A stretch of 63,120 bases of DNA, the filler included, from Craspedostauros australis (lineage: Eukaryota), in assembly GCA_030167865.1 (NCBI GenBank). It is 6 parts of 6 records of this genome, joined end to end, with 100 filler letters (N's around TTAATTAATTAA, not from the genome) between each part and the next. Parts side by side here need not be neighbours in the genome. Positions count along the whole stretch, not along the records: positions 1 to 19,472 come from JALAGF010003121.1; 5 more parts are not named here. One strand, 5' to 3'. The position numbers were made by a program, and so were the translations under genes. This document shows, one piece after another, positions 1-11,032 of this stretch. The notes below the pieces were generated by a model. The model was not told the DNA's origin. It saw only the letters and a program-made list of their open reading frames with translations, and made no database searches. Position 1 is the stretch's first letter. Each line of letters opens with the position of its first letter.

Positions 1-39
1 GTTCATATTCGACCAAGAGGACCGTAAATCTACAAAGGT

Positions 40-200
40 GGATAAAAATTAAAAGAAGGCATTAAAGCAAAATCGGCGTCCACTAAGATTCTTATATTTT
101 TCTCTAGTTTATGAATATGTGGGTGGTTTGGTTGAAATCCCCGTAAGTTGCCACCCCTCCAGGACCGACTGCAGGTCCCGTCACACAACCGGGTCGTATG
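40..200. mobile_element. Dispersed repeat, copy 1 (probable DNA-transposon end); may extend beyond the window start
   Basis: Aligns with 35750-35910 at offset ~35710 (TTAAAGCAAAATCGGCGTCCA...TAGTTTATGAATATGTGGGTGG...GACTGCAGGTCCCGTCAC). Ends in CCGGGTCGTATG, also found at 19718-19729. Confidence 0.6.
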
Positions 201-796
201 CAGGCAATTGCGCCAAAGGCCTGTGAAGTGTAGCGAGCGCAACAGGTCGTTGTTGGCGACATGGCGCACGAACGAACGAAAGCGAAAGTGTGGAGACGTC
301 CGGCGGTTAACGAAAGTCGTCGGAGTCAACAGCCCAATCAGGGACCCAGCGCGCGATGGGGTGATGGCGCGGAGTCAACTGGTGCGCCGTGGTGGGGCAG
401 TGCGCCGCTCCAAGACAGGAAACACATCGTCTTTTCTTCTCTTTACGTCTGTGTGTCTTTGCCAAGAACGAACGACAGCTTTGGTTGTTCCTCCTCCTCT
501 GTTTGCGTGTGAGTGGAGACGAAACAAATCACCACAAATCGTTGGAAAGTGCGCCCAGTCAATCCCATCCCCGTGCACACTGCAACGCACAACGGACCAC
601 AACAATACCAATACACATACCATCGCACATACCCTTGTTCATGCCAACAGAGCAGGACTGCAATACTCTCCTCTTGTACTCCGCTCATCATTGCCACTAT
701 CGCCACTATCATCATTCTTATCGGCAGCAGCAGTATCAGCATCGCCAGCACGACTGCAGACGATTGCAATCAGCCATCCACACTTTCACATCGACA

Positions 797-851
797 AGCA
801 GGCATCAATAAGCAGGCATCAATAAGCAGGCATCAACGAACAGGCATCAAC
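797..851. repeat. Tandem 14-bp repeat (AGCAGGCATCAATA), about 4 copies
   Basis: Directly visible; last copies degenerate. Confidence 0.8.
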
Positions 852-1084
852 TAAGAGATCAAGAGATCAGGGGCAGAGAGACCGGATGCAAAGTCACGCT
901 GCGGCTTGGACCACGTGCGAGCAAGGAGGTCTCCCTGCGTCCATTCTGCGACGTTGTGCAGAGTAAAGTCAAGCAAGACAGCAAGCAAGACACACAAAGA
1001 GTCAAGCTGCAACAATACTGCAACTAAACTGCAGTCAAACAGAAGAAGCATTGGAGATCCACGGAAAAGACAAACAGAAGCAAA

Positions 1085-4000
1085 ATGCGAGCCCGTTCCT
1101 TCCACTTTCTCGCAGCAGTCATCGCTGCCACCATCATCACAGTTCTCTTTGTTGGAGGAACAAGCGCAGCATCAACCAGTGGCCATGCAGCTGGCAGCAA
1201 CATCAGAAGCGATGATCTCTCGTCATCATCGTCAACAGTGTCATCGTCATCACCAACATCACCACAGCTGCAGATGCAAACGGAAATGCAGATGCAAATG
1301 CAGCAACGAAGCCTGACAACGTATGCCCTGTACGAGATCCCTTCGATGCAGCTCACCTTCACATCGAAGGCTGGTCAGGACTTCATCGTGGTGGAGGACG
1401 ACAACGCAAGTGGCGAAGCAGGCGTGGGCATCGAGGGCATCGGCACCGGCGACGGTTCCAGCAACAATCCATCGGAGGGCACTGCAGGATCATCATCTTC
1501 GTCACCCACGCGCCTGTCGTCGCTCCATTATCCCATCCGCACGATAACGCAGACGGTCCTCTTGGAGTACTTCGATCAAAGAATCGAGCAGATGCTCAAC
1601 GATGAGCCCACCAACACAACGGGAACTTCCAAGCAGCTGTACAACCATCTCGTGGCGATGGACATCACCATCGAATCGATGGATGTCATTTCTCTGGAGC
1701 AAAAGCGACAGCGGCACTTGCAGAGCCAGCAGCAACAGCCACACAATCAGCAACAACAACAGCGACGGCTGAATGACGACGTCACAATCACCACCCTCAT
1801 GTCTGCATCGCTGGCATTCGTCCAGCCGAACCAACTGTCGACCAAGCCATCCAACGACGAGGTCTACCAGCTCTTTGGCGACTGGATGACGGACTACTTC
1901 ACCACACCTTCCACCGAGCAGGCATACTGGCGCGCTCTCACCAAAGCCTCCAACAAGGTCCTTCAGGAGATCGTCGATCTGGATGTCGTCGTTGATCCTG
2001 TTTCCAACGACAACGGCCAGGCCAAAGATAGCAATGCCGGTGGTCTATCCCGAGCCGCGGAGCGGGCTCTCATCATCGTCCTTGTCATCTTGCTCTGCAT
2101 CACTTTAGCCATCCTCATCCTCAATCGCTACATCAGGTCAAGAAACTTCAAGCTCGCCACCTTCTACGAGGAGCACATGGACGACGGCGTCAGCTCGCAC
2201 ATGGACGTCGACATGGATCTGGATATGGAGTACGGCGAACCCACGCAAGCGAGCCGCTCCTGGACAATGTCGTGGCAACAGCAGGTCAGCGGGGGTGATC
2301 CATTCCGCGAGCCCCGACCCGCATACAACAATCCAGGTCCCCTCAGAGACCTTTCCAAACCTTCCTTGCACCGTGCGGGATCCTTGGATGCAGTCAGGCA
2401 CGGTCAGTTCGCCAACTATGCGTCTTCCAACCAAGAGGCACTCAGCGTCCTCGAGGCATCCGATCGTTACCTGTCAAAGCACAGGCCAGAATGGCTCAAC
2501 AACGCCAGCGGGACACCCACTGGAAGTGCGCAACGTGGTGGCGGTATCATGTCTCCACGCAATGGCGCCCCTCACACCATGACCAGGCATCCGTACCATG
2601 ACTCCCCAGAGTCCTCAGCCTTTTCATTTTACGGACCCGGCCAAGCAAAGCCCGGCCAACCGCAGACTCTCGAAAGCCACTCCTTCGGAGGTATGATGGC
2701 GCGCACCTACAACGTCCTTCCATCGAATCCATTCCAGTACATTTACCAGAACTTCTCCACCATGTCGGGATCGTCGTCGCATCACAAATCCACGTCTGGA
2801 ACCCCCACGGCAGGAGGAGACCCCTTGCCGCCGGTTTCAGGTCACGTACAGATGCCACGTCGCAGATCCTCCACCATGGGAGAGAACATTGCAGCGCTCA
2901 AGCTGGGCAACGACATGGATGGCTTGGAAGGTGTAGAGTTTCACACGGAGACATCCACTCCGCGCTCTGCGATGCAAATGCAGCAACAACGCGAGCAATC
3001 GGGGGCGTTCGGTGACAACATCTGGCGCAACGTCTCCAACATGATCAACACCGCCAAGGGTTACACCCAGCCACCGCCTGGGTCCAAATTCCACAACGAA
3101 GAAGAGAACGTCTACTTCAACGAGGATGCCCCGGTCTATGATACAGCCGGACAGAACGACGTCCTCGAGCAGCTCAAGGATGAAGAGGACTCGTATAACT
3201 TCGCCTTTTCCGACTTTCCACGACGTGACGGCACACCCTGTCTCATGTACAACCCGCAGGCCGTCTTCCGCATTGGCTCGAGCGACGATGAGGACGGCAA
3301 GGATGGCGATCTGAACGATGTCGACCTGGAGGTCCGATCCCCAACAGCCAAGGCGAATTCGCATGCGAACAAGCGCAAGTCAGAGAACGATGCCTTCCTC
3401 AACATGCTCTCCAACCATTCCATGCAATCGTCGTTCCAGGCTGCTGATGATGGCAGCGTCGTCGACAGGGCGGATAGCGACATCTGCGATGTCAGTCTTG
3501 ACCACAACAAGGATTGGCTGGATGAGGATGAGGATCTGCATCCCACAATCAAGTCGGTCAAGAGCAGGACCTTCTTCAAGGAGAAATTGCAACGAATCAT
3601 GGCCAACCGTCACCGCCAGTACGAAAAGAAGGCCATCGTGGAGAAGCACCAGCAGAACAGAAACGCGCGCAGGGAGAAGTTCCGTCTCGAACAGCAAAAG
3701 CGAGCACTCGAACGGCACCAAGCCATGGAGAATGCGCTCGAAAGCATCGAGGCCAACACCTTCTCCCCGCTCGATTCCACGCAGTTCATGAAGGGCGCGA
3801 CGAATCATCGCAGGGTCCACAGCAACGCCAGCATCGCGAGTCAGAACCACCGGCGGTCGGACAGCAACGCCAGCATTCGAAGCCAGAGCAGAAGCCTCCG
3901 CCATGGCGACAGCAACGGATCGCCGACCAACGGACTGTCCACACCAAAGCGACGCGATTGGTCGAGGGTCGCTGGGGACGAGTACGGCCAGTCGCCCCAT

Positions 4001-5092
4001 AACGCTGCTGCCCTCAGCGGCCACGCAAGTCCAGCTCATGGCGCAAGTGCTCGTGCTCATGCAAATGCCAATGGGCCTGCTGCTTCAACTACAACCAAGG
4101 GCATGTCGCCTCATGGACGCGATCGACTGACCTCGTACGGAAAGTCGCCGAAGCGAAAGGCGACACGATCTCCCGCGCCACGATCGCCGATGGTGCAGCA
4201 CATTGCACAGCTCGACCCGGAGGCCGCGGCAAGAAGCCCGCTTGTGCAATTCTCGGGTGGCATCTTCCGACCATCGCCCAAACCGGTCTACGGTGGTGGA
4301 AATGGCAACGGCGGCATACCAACAATGGGCATGCCCATCTCTTTGAAGCCACGCACCTCCGCAGCTGCCATCCATGCATTCCACACCGAAGATGAAAGCG
4401 ACATTCGCCGGACTGAGTCGGGACGGTCGGTGTCGCCACCTGGTGGGATCGAGGGCGAAGATGATGTGTACAGACCGGCTTCGGCCAGTCCCATGGCGAA
4501 GAATATGACTTTGCTGCCAAAGCGACGACTGGATCAGCAGCTCACCTTGGACATGCCGAAGCTGCAAATGCCGATGCCCGGTGGTGCCAAGACGAACAAG
4601 ATCTCACCGACCTCCGTGGTGGATGAGATCATGACGCCCGTCCGCACCACCCTCCGACCCAGCATGACGCCCTCTCACAAGCAGACCGTCACGCCTAGCA
4701 CCAACGCCCAGTCCACGAACGCAGGTGCTTCCGGCAAGCACCGACGCGTCTACAGCTTTGACCATGAACTCGCGCTTCAGAATGCGAGATCGTTTGACAC
4801 CATCGATGGTAAGAGAAGGGTGGCGGGAGCGCAGTCTCCGCACATGCACATGCAGGCGAGGAATTCGCCGTTGAGGACGCGTCATCGAGCAGATTCCCCA
4901 AAGCGTGGCATCGGCAGGACCAATTCGTTCAACGCTCCTTCCTCCACCCGGCCCAGACAGAGAAGCGGCAGCGTGAACAGCAGGCCAAGGACGCATCGCA
5001 GGAAGGCCAGCGGTGGAAGCAGTTCAGTGCAGCTGTCGTCCCAAGACGACTTGATGATCCACGGTATCTACGCGAAAACACGATTCACATGA
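1085..5092 (+). CDS. Hypothetical type-I membrane protein, 1335 aa (signal peptide, ~300-aa lumenal part, one TM helix, long disordered S/P/R-rich tail)
   Basis: 4-kb uninterrupted ORF. Hydrophobic N-terminus FLAAVIAATIITVLFVGG; TM ALIIVLVILLCITLAILILNRY; coiled-coil-like KLQRIMANRHRQYEKK...LERHQAMENALE. Confidence 0.85.
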   Translation: MRARSFHFLAAVIAATIITVLFVGGTSAASTSGHAAGSNIRSDDLSSSSSTVSSSSPTSPQLQMQTEMQMQMQQRSLTTYALYEIPSMQLTFTSKAGQDFIVVEDDNASGEAGVGIEGIGTGDGSSNNPSEGTAGSSSSSPTRLSSLHYPIRTITQTVLLEYFDQRIEQMLNDEPTNTTGTSKQLYNHLVAMDITIESMDVISLEQKRQRHLQSQQQQPHNQQQQQRRLNDDVTITTLMSASLAFVQPNQLSTKPSNDEVYQLFGDWMTDYFTTPSTEQAYWRALTKASNKVLQEIVDLDVVVDPVSNDNGQAKDSNAGGLSRAAERALIIVLVILLCITLAILILNRYIRSRNFKLATFYEEHMDDGVSSHMDVDMDLDMEYGEPTQASRSWTMSWQQQVSGGDPFREPRPAYNNPGPLRDLSKPSLHRAGSLDAVRHGQFANYASSNQEALSVLEASDRYLSKHRPEWLNNASGTPTGSAQRGGGIMSPRNGAPHTMTRHPYHDSPESSAFSFYGPGQAKPGQPQTLESHSFGGMMARTYNVLPSNPFQYIYQNFSTMSGSSSHHKSTSGTPTAGGDPLPPVSGHVQMPRRRSSTMGENIAALKLGNDMDGLEGVEFHTETSTPRSAMQMQQQREQSGAFGDNIWRNVSNMINTAKGYTQPPPGSKFHNEEENVYFNEDAPVYDTAGQNDVLEQLKDEEDSYNFAFSDFPRRDGTPCLMYNPQAVFRIGSSDDEDGKDGDLNDVDLEVRSPTAKANSHANKRKSENDAFLNMLSNHSMQSSFQAADDGSVVDRADSDICDVSLDHNKDWLDEDEDLHPTIKSVKSRTFFKEKLQRIMANRHRQYEKKAIVEKHQQNRNARREKFRLEQQKRALERHQAMENALESIEANTFSPLDSTQFMKGATNHRRVHSNASIASQNHRRSDSNASIRSQSRSLRHGDSNGSPTNGLSTPKRRDWSRVAGDEYGQSPHNAAALSGHASPAHGASARAHANANGPAASTTTKGMSPHGRDRLTSYGKSPKRKATRSPAPRSPMVQHIAQLDPEAAARSPLVQFSGGIFRPSPKPVYGGGNGNGGIPTMGMPISLKPRTSAAAIHAFHTEDESDIRRTESGRSVSPPGGIEGEDDVYRPASASPMAKNMTLLPKRRLDQQLTLDMPKLQMPMPGGAKTNKISPTSVVDEIMTPVRTTLRPSMTPSHKQTVTPSTNAQSTNAGASGKHRRVYSFDHELALQNARSFDTIDGKRRVAGAQSPHMHMQARNSPLRTRHRADSPKRGIGRTNSFNAPSSTRPRQRSGSVNSRPRTHRRKASGGSSSVQLSSQDDLMIHGIYAKTRFT

Positions 5093-5549
5093 ACACGATC
5101 GGGAGCTTGAATGAATGATCTTCGGTGGCACACAAGTATCACGAGTAGAGTATGGTACATACGAGTACGGCAGTATCTGCATTAACTTACGATCGCTTAA
5201 GCGCAGACGTGCAGTGTACCATTACGGAGAGTAGAGTTGAAGCATGGGTCGTTAGATGTGTGGGGTGAAGCACTACAGGCTCTGGGTGAATTGCTTTGCA
5301 GCCATGGCCTTGTTGTTGCTGTTTGTGTGGTGGATGGGAATCGAGGAGGAAAGGGAACATGGATTCCGTATCTTTGATTTCGCCTCACAAAAGATTCTGT
5401 GCCAATTCTGATGTTGATGGCATCACATGCAAACAAAGGCATAATGGCTGACATCAGACTGACACGAACTCATTTACCTCCACACCGAGCTTCATCGAAG
5501 GCCGACACTCCCACCACCGCCATCGTCTCCATCACCTCCATCCTGTTCG

Positions 5550-8488
5550 ATGAGAGCCAGCCCAACTGCCATCGTAGCCACCTTCTTTGCTCTGCCAAAC
5601 AGGCTGTGCTGCTCCGCGTTCGCAGCTGCACCTGGTCAAGCCCAACCTCAGGCATCTGCGACTCCACCATCGCCATCGGCCATCCGCAAGATGAAGAGCA
5701 TGGATGATGACGCGGCTGACTTTCACTCATTCTGCTCCGCCGCAGTTGTGCTGTCCAACGCGCATGCTTCGAACGGCATCCTCACAGGTATGTGCCACAC
5801 CATGTAGCGTGTTCGCACGAGTATAGTAGTCGTATGAGTGCTATGCTTGCACTTCTACTCGCACTTGTGCGTTCTTTGTGACACCCCTGTCGATGCTGTT
5901 TCCTCACATTGTTGTCGCGATTGATTGCCATCACACTCACACTGCTCTGCGAGCATCGTGCTTGCCTCCACCCGCTCAATCGCCATTTTGCTTTTGACGT
6001 TCCCCACCAAACAGTCCAACGCTCTGTGAGAGACATCGACAACGCGTGCCGACAGACCTATCTTTACAACATCGCGTTGTCGCCATCCACTTCTGTAACC
6101 GCGCCCACAATTCCACCCAACCAATTCCACCCCGACATCCTCATCCGAGTGCCATCGCCAAGCGGAAACAAAGTCGCCATCTTCAAAGCGAACAAGCCCA
6201 GCAACGGTGCCAAGCACAAGCCGGCGATCGTGTTGGAGGTTTGGGTCGGCGCCGCGTTGGTGAATCGGATTGATTTATCTGCCAACAAACTGCATGGTGC
6301 AATCATCAATGATGCAAGCGGCTTCGGCATGCCCGTGTGGAATGATCAAGAGACCATGCTCGTGTATCCAGCAGAACGCGCCATGCCGGAAACGACGGGC
6401 TTCTTCGCCAAATCAACGACAACGACCGCAGAAGCGACAGCAACGGCGGCATCTGCAGATGGCAATGATGCAACCAATGCACACAAATCGCGCGATGCAC
6501 AATCTCCGAAACAACGTGGAGCAGAATACGAGCTGGGAGTTGGCAAGATGGAGCATTGGGGCGAACGGCTGTCTCAGCAATCGGCACTGCTCGATCTATT
6601 TGTTGTGAATGTTGAAACGGGAAACATGGACCGCATCGCGAATGTTCCTGGCGTGCATTCCAAGACGCGCACCGACAACGGCGTCACGTTGGGGCAGGCC
6701 AGCTTCTCTCCAGATGGACGGCACGTTGCGTACACGGGATGGGACGCAGGAGAGTTGGGATCCATGCCGCGTCGGCTCGGATTCATCTTTTGTTACAACC
6801 GCGCATCGAAGGTGTATCTCTCATCCATCTCCAATCTGACGCAGCGCTTGAGTCGGGGCAGCAATTCGAATGCCGTCCCGAGCGATCCGCAGCCAGACGG
6901 AAGTGGCGATGATATCGCTGACGCGGATAGCAAATACATGGAGATTTCACCAAGCAATCATCGCTTGTCGCGGTCGCCGACGTTCGTCGTGAGCCATGGC
7001 GCGGATATGAGCGATCCGAATCAAAAAGGCACTTCTGCTGCTGCTGGGACTTTGAATATTGTGTATTTGTCCAACAAGGAAGGATTCATCACGCACGACG
7101 GATGCATGGGTTTGTTCCGTGTGAGCGTCGACGTCCATTCCGATGGAACGATTGGGGATGCGTCGCATCCAGAAGATCCACTCGTGCCTGTGATCCAAGC
7201 GCCCTCCGAAGACATCACCAAGGCCGTGGCTCTCGGTCTGAACTTTCCCGGTCTCTTTTTGAGCCAGTTGCCACAGCGGTGTCAAATCCCAAGAACCCCG
7301 TACGTCGTATTCTCGACGCTATGGGGATCGACACAGAAACTAATCCGTGTCAGCACGGAATCCGCCAATGATGTGGCCTTGATTGAACCCACGTTCGACG
7401 ATGTGGAAAGCAGCAACAGCCTTCACCATCTTCAATTGAGCAATGTCATGCTCTGCATGAGTGAAGAGGGGGGCTTGATCTTCTCCACAACCGGCAACGA
7501 CCAACCAGCGATCGTCCACATGATCGAATCACAAGAGCTATCAAAGCAAGTGGACGAGAACGGTGTCCTCAAATGTCGCGCCACGACCCAGCAGGAATTT
7601 GCTCCCATCGCCGCCACCTCATTCTCAGCACTCAGTTCACCAGCATCAAACCTGGAGTATGAAATCGTCACCTTCACCCCACCTTCCGTGGACGGAGCGG
7701 TGGACGCACCCATCCAGTCCATCCTGATGTACCCCAAAGGAGCCAACAGCTCCAAAGACCGCAAGGTCCCGCTGATCGTCGTGCCGCACGGCGGGCCGCA
7801 CTCCTGCTCCGCTGTCGGGTACATCCCTGGTACGGCCTACCTGTGTGGCGGCGGCGACGGATACGCCGTGCTGCTGCCCAACTATCGTGGATCCACGGGA
7901 TTCGGACAGGCAACTCTGGAATCGTTGATGACGCGGATCGGTGAGCTGGACGTGAGCGACGTCATGTCATCGACGCAGCATGTGCTGGATAAGTACGACT
8001 TTCTGGACGCAGGCAAGGTCGGCATCTGCGGTGGTAGCCACGGTGGATTCCTGACAGGACACTGCACCGGACAGTACCCTGAGTTCTTCAAGGCCGCGGT
8101 CGTGCGAAATCCCGTCACGAACATCGCGTCGATGGTGACGGCATCGGACATTCCGGACTGGTGCTACGCAGAGGCCATGAGCGCGTACGACTTTGGCTCC
8201 TTTCGCGGACCGACGTTGCAGGAGATGACGGCGATGTGGCAAAAGAGCCCCGTCGCGCACTCCCAGAATGTGCAGACGCCGACGCTGGTCGCGCTGGGCA
8301 TGGTGGATCTGCGTGTGCCGCCGTCGCAGGGCATCGAGTGGTACCAGATGCTACGGTCCAAGGGAGTCCCCACAAAGCTTCTGATGTACCCGGAGGACTC
8401 CCACGCCCTTGACAAGGTGACGACCGAGGCTGATCATTGGGTGAACATCAAGCGGTGGTTCGATGAGCACATGGGTGTGGAACAATGA
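5550..8488 (+). CDS. Acylamino-acid-releasing enzyme / acylpeptide hydrolase (peptidase S9C); exons 5550-5787 and 6015-8488
   Basis: HGGPH, GGSHGG nucleophile motif, DLRVP (Asp) and EDSH (His). A GTATGT...ACAG intron at 5788-6014 joins in phase (G|TC = Val). Start codon inferred. Confidence 0.9.
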
Positions 8489-9409
8489 TGGGCACCAACA
8501 GTAATAGTGCCTGCACTTGCTATCCTCGATCTGCCCTACTGTGCTCTGCTGTGCTCTACTGTGCTATTATTTGTTATACCTTTATTCGTTGGACTAACAC
8601 ACTCGTACTACGAGCACAGTGATTAAGAGAAAGGGTCGTCAAGCAGCAAAGCATTAGAGTACTCTGCAAGCCATTACACTTGTTTGTATCGCTGTTGGCG
8701 AATTTGGCTCAAGTGAGAATGAATCTAGCTTTCTCTCCTGCGACTATGATCAACCAGACTACTCGCACACAAACGCCGATGTCGACTCAATGGACTTCGA
8801 ACACAATTGACACTTTTTCACGGACAGTCGCCAATTCTGATTTGTGTTCCGAAGATACCTTTTTCTGTGGACGTTTGTCTTCTTGCGCCACCTCACCCCA
8901 AGAACATGTGGCAGACACGGAAGTTCCATTCTTTTTGGTCGGAGGTTCTGTTGGTGATGATAGGCAGAAAACGCACATCAGCGCGATTTGTTGCGGTTGG
9001 GGAGTCGAACACGCAACCAATGCAAAGTTCTCGAACCACATTTGAATGCCGAATGGGTGAATCATTGCGGAAGCATGTGTGACAAACCGCCTCATTCGAA
9101 GGCGTTGGAACTGGGAGGTGAAGGCAGAAAGCAGAATAACGCAACACATCTCACATCTCCGCAGTGCACATTTGCACGTGAACTTGGAGTCGTCGGCCAT
9201 CCTCAAACTCCGCATTTGCATTTTCGGACATTCGTCGTTTCCAGCTCAGATGCTCTCACATCTTCTCCAGCCTCATCTTCGTCTCTGGCTTCACTTCGAT
9301 CTTTCCTGCCACCCACATTCACTCTAATCTGCTGCATTGCTATCCACTCCCATCATTCCTCAAAGCACCCACTAGCACTCACAAGCATCCCCACGATAGC
9401 AGCAAATTG

Positions 9410-10666
9410 ATGATGGCGAACATGACGATGACCAAGGCGGCATTGCTGCCGGTATCAATATCAGTGCTGCTTCTGCTGGTGTTGCGCCTGGACGGTTGCA
9501 ATGCATTGCTCCCACCGTCGATGCGAACGTACTCCAGCGGCGGCGTCGGTGAGGGCGGACACCTCTATGAGTCTCCTCTCTCGACTCGGGACAATGTCAC
9601 CAGGACACGTTCATCAGCCTCGCCATCCACTTCGTCGACTGTCGTGAAGGCCTCCACGGTGGGTCATGTTCCAACATCTCACGCAGACATGTCCAATATC
9701 ATCAACATCGATGGATTGGGGGACGATGCCACGATCACCACGGTCCTGCAGTTGCCGTTGCGCAATGATGCGCATGCCCACGTCGACACCCACGCGAATG
9801 GTCATGCTGTTGCGACTGCCGATCGATCATCCGCTCCTTCGGTGCAGGTGGCAACCCTGTCGCAGCCCGTTGAGCATTCCATGCATCAACATCATCGTCA
9901 ACATCAAGCACAGCAGCAGGTGTCCCAAAAGCAAGCGTCTCGATTCGACTCCAAAACCCGCTTCATTATCGCGCTGTCTTCGCTGTCCGGAATACTGGAG
10001 GGCATTTGTTACCGTAGATTCGGCTGCTTCCCCAACATGATGACGGGCAACTCCGTGCGTTGCATGTCCTTCCTGGCCGACGGCAACCTGCCGCAGGCCC
10101 TGTTCTTCGCCAGCATGATCGCATCGTACGTGCTCGGCGGTTCCTGCTTCCACACGGTCGACACCAAAACTCGGCAACACCCACCGCGGAAGCTGCGCAC
10201 CGTCGGGGCCATCGCATTTGGATTCTTCGCGTTGGCTGACTTGGTTTCCAAGCGCTTCCATGCCGCCGTGCCCAAAATCATGCTCATCCCGTTGGCGTTG
10301 GCGTACGGTTTCACGAATGCCGCCGGACTCAAAGCGGCCGGTGCCGTCGTCACCAACGCCATCACGGGGCATTACACCAAGCTCGGATTGGGCTTCGCCG
10401 AGCGCATGCTCCTGCTCGCATCCAACGACGATGATGATGACAAATTGCGTACCAACGGCAAGGCGCTGTCGACCTCCTTGTCCATGGTGCTGCCGTTCTG
10501 CGCATCCATCGTCGTTTCGGGGTGGTTGTACAAGGCCTTCATGACGTTACCCGTCACATCCCTGCTGCGGCGGATGGCGCCTCCGATGGCGACCACCTTT
10601 GGTTGCGCCTACGCCCTCCTCCTATCTTGGTACGGGAAGCAGTTGGCCGCCGGGGTTTCATCATGA
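9410..10666 (+). CDS. YoaK/DUF1275 family membrane protein with N-terminal signal-like extension
   Basis: SGILEGICY...FPNMMTGN and VTNAITGH motifs typical of DUF1275; several TM helices. Confidence 0.8.
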   Translation: MMANMTMTKAALLPVSISVLLLLVLRLDGCNALLPPSMRTYSSGGVGEGGHLYESPLSTRDNVTRTRSSASPSTSSTVVKASTVGHVPTSHADMSNIINIDGLGDDATITTVLQLPLRNDAHAHVDTHANGHAVATADRSSAPSVQVATLSQPVEHSMHQHHRQHQAQQQVSQKQASRFDSKTRFIIALSSLSGILEGICYRRFGCFPNMMTGNSVRCMSFLADGNLPQALFFASMIASYVLGGSCFHTVDTKTRQHPPRKLRTVGAIAFGFFALADLVSKRFHAAVPKIMLIPLALAYGFTNAAGLKAAGAVVTNAITGHYTKLGLGFAERMLLLASNDDDDDKLRTNGKALSTSLSMVLPFCASIVVSGWLYKAFMTLPVTSLLRRMAPPMATTFGCAYALLLSWYGKQLAAGVSS

Positions 10667-11032
10667 ACAGGGGAAACAAAGACTCTGGTCCATACCACTG
10701 ATACTGCAAGTACTCTGCAGAAAGGCACGATGCACGAGCCATCGTTGCCCGAAGCAAGTCAACAAGTCGTCATTCTCGCCAAGTGAAATGCCGTACTCTA
10801 TTTCATTCCAAATACCGTTTGAGTGGGCGGATGGTTTCAATGAATGAATGAATGGACGACCGAGCCAATGAGTCAATGCATGTCCTCTATGTGTGGTGGG
10901 CGAGTAAGCGGTGAACCACAATACTGTATGCGAGTGGAGGAGGGTATTAATCAAACTCAGTGAGAGTACTGCAACAATAAATTACTGCCGTCATCCACGG
11001 TCTTCTTCACCTATTGTCTATTGCATGCAGCT

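Noticed and set aside
120..200. HDV-like ribozyme or tRNA in the repeat (GGGTGG/CCACCC stem, TCCCCGT loop-like segment, GACTGCAG)
   Set aside because: P3 and P1.1 pairings cannot be formed in any copy, and there is no T-arm or cloverleaf.
5909..6014. N-terminus of the 859-aa ORF as given in the track
   Set aside because: It starts at TTG inside the intron 5788-6014.
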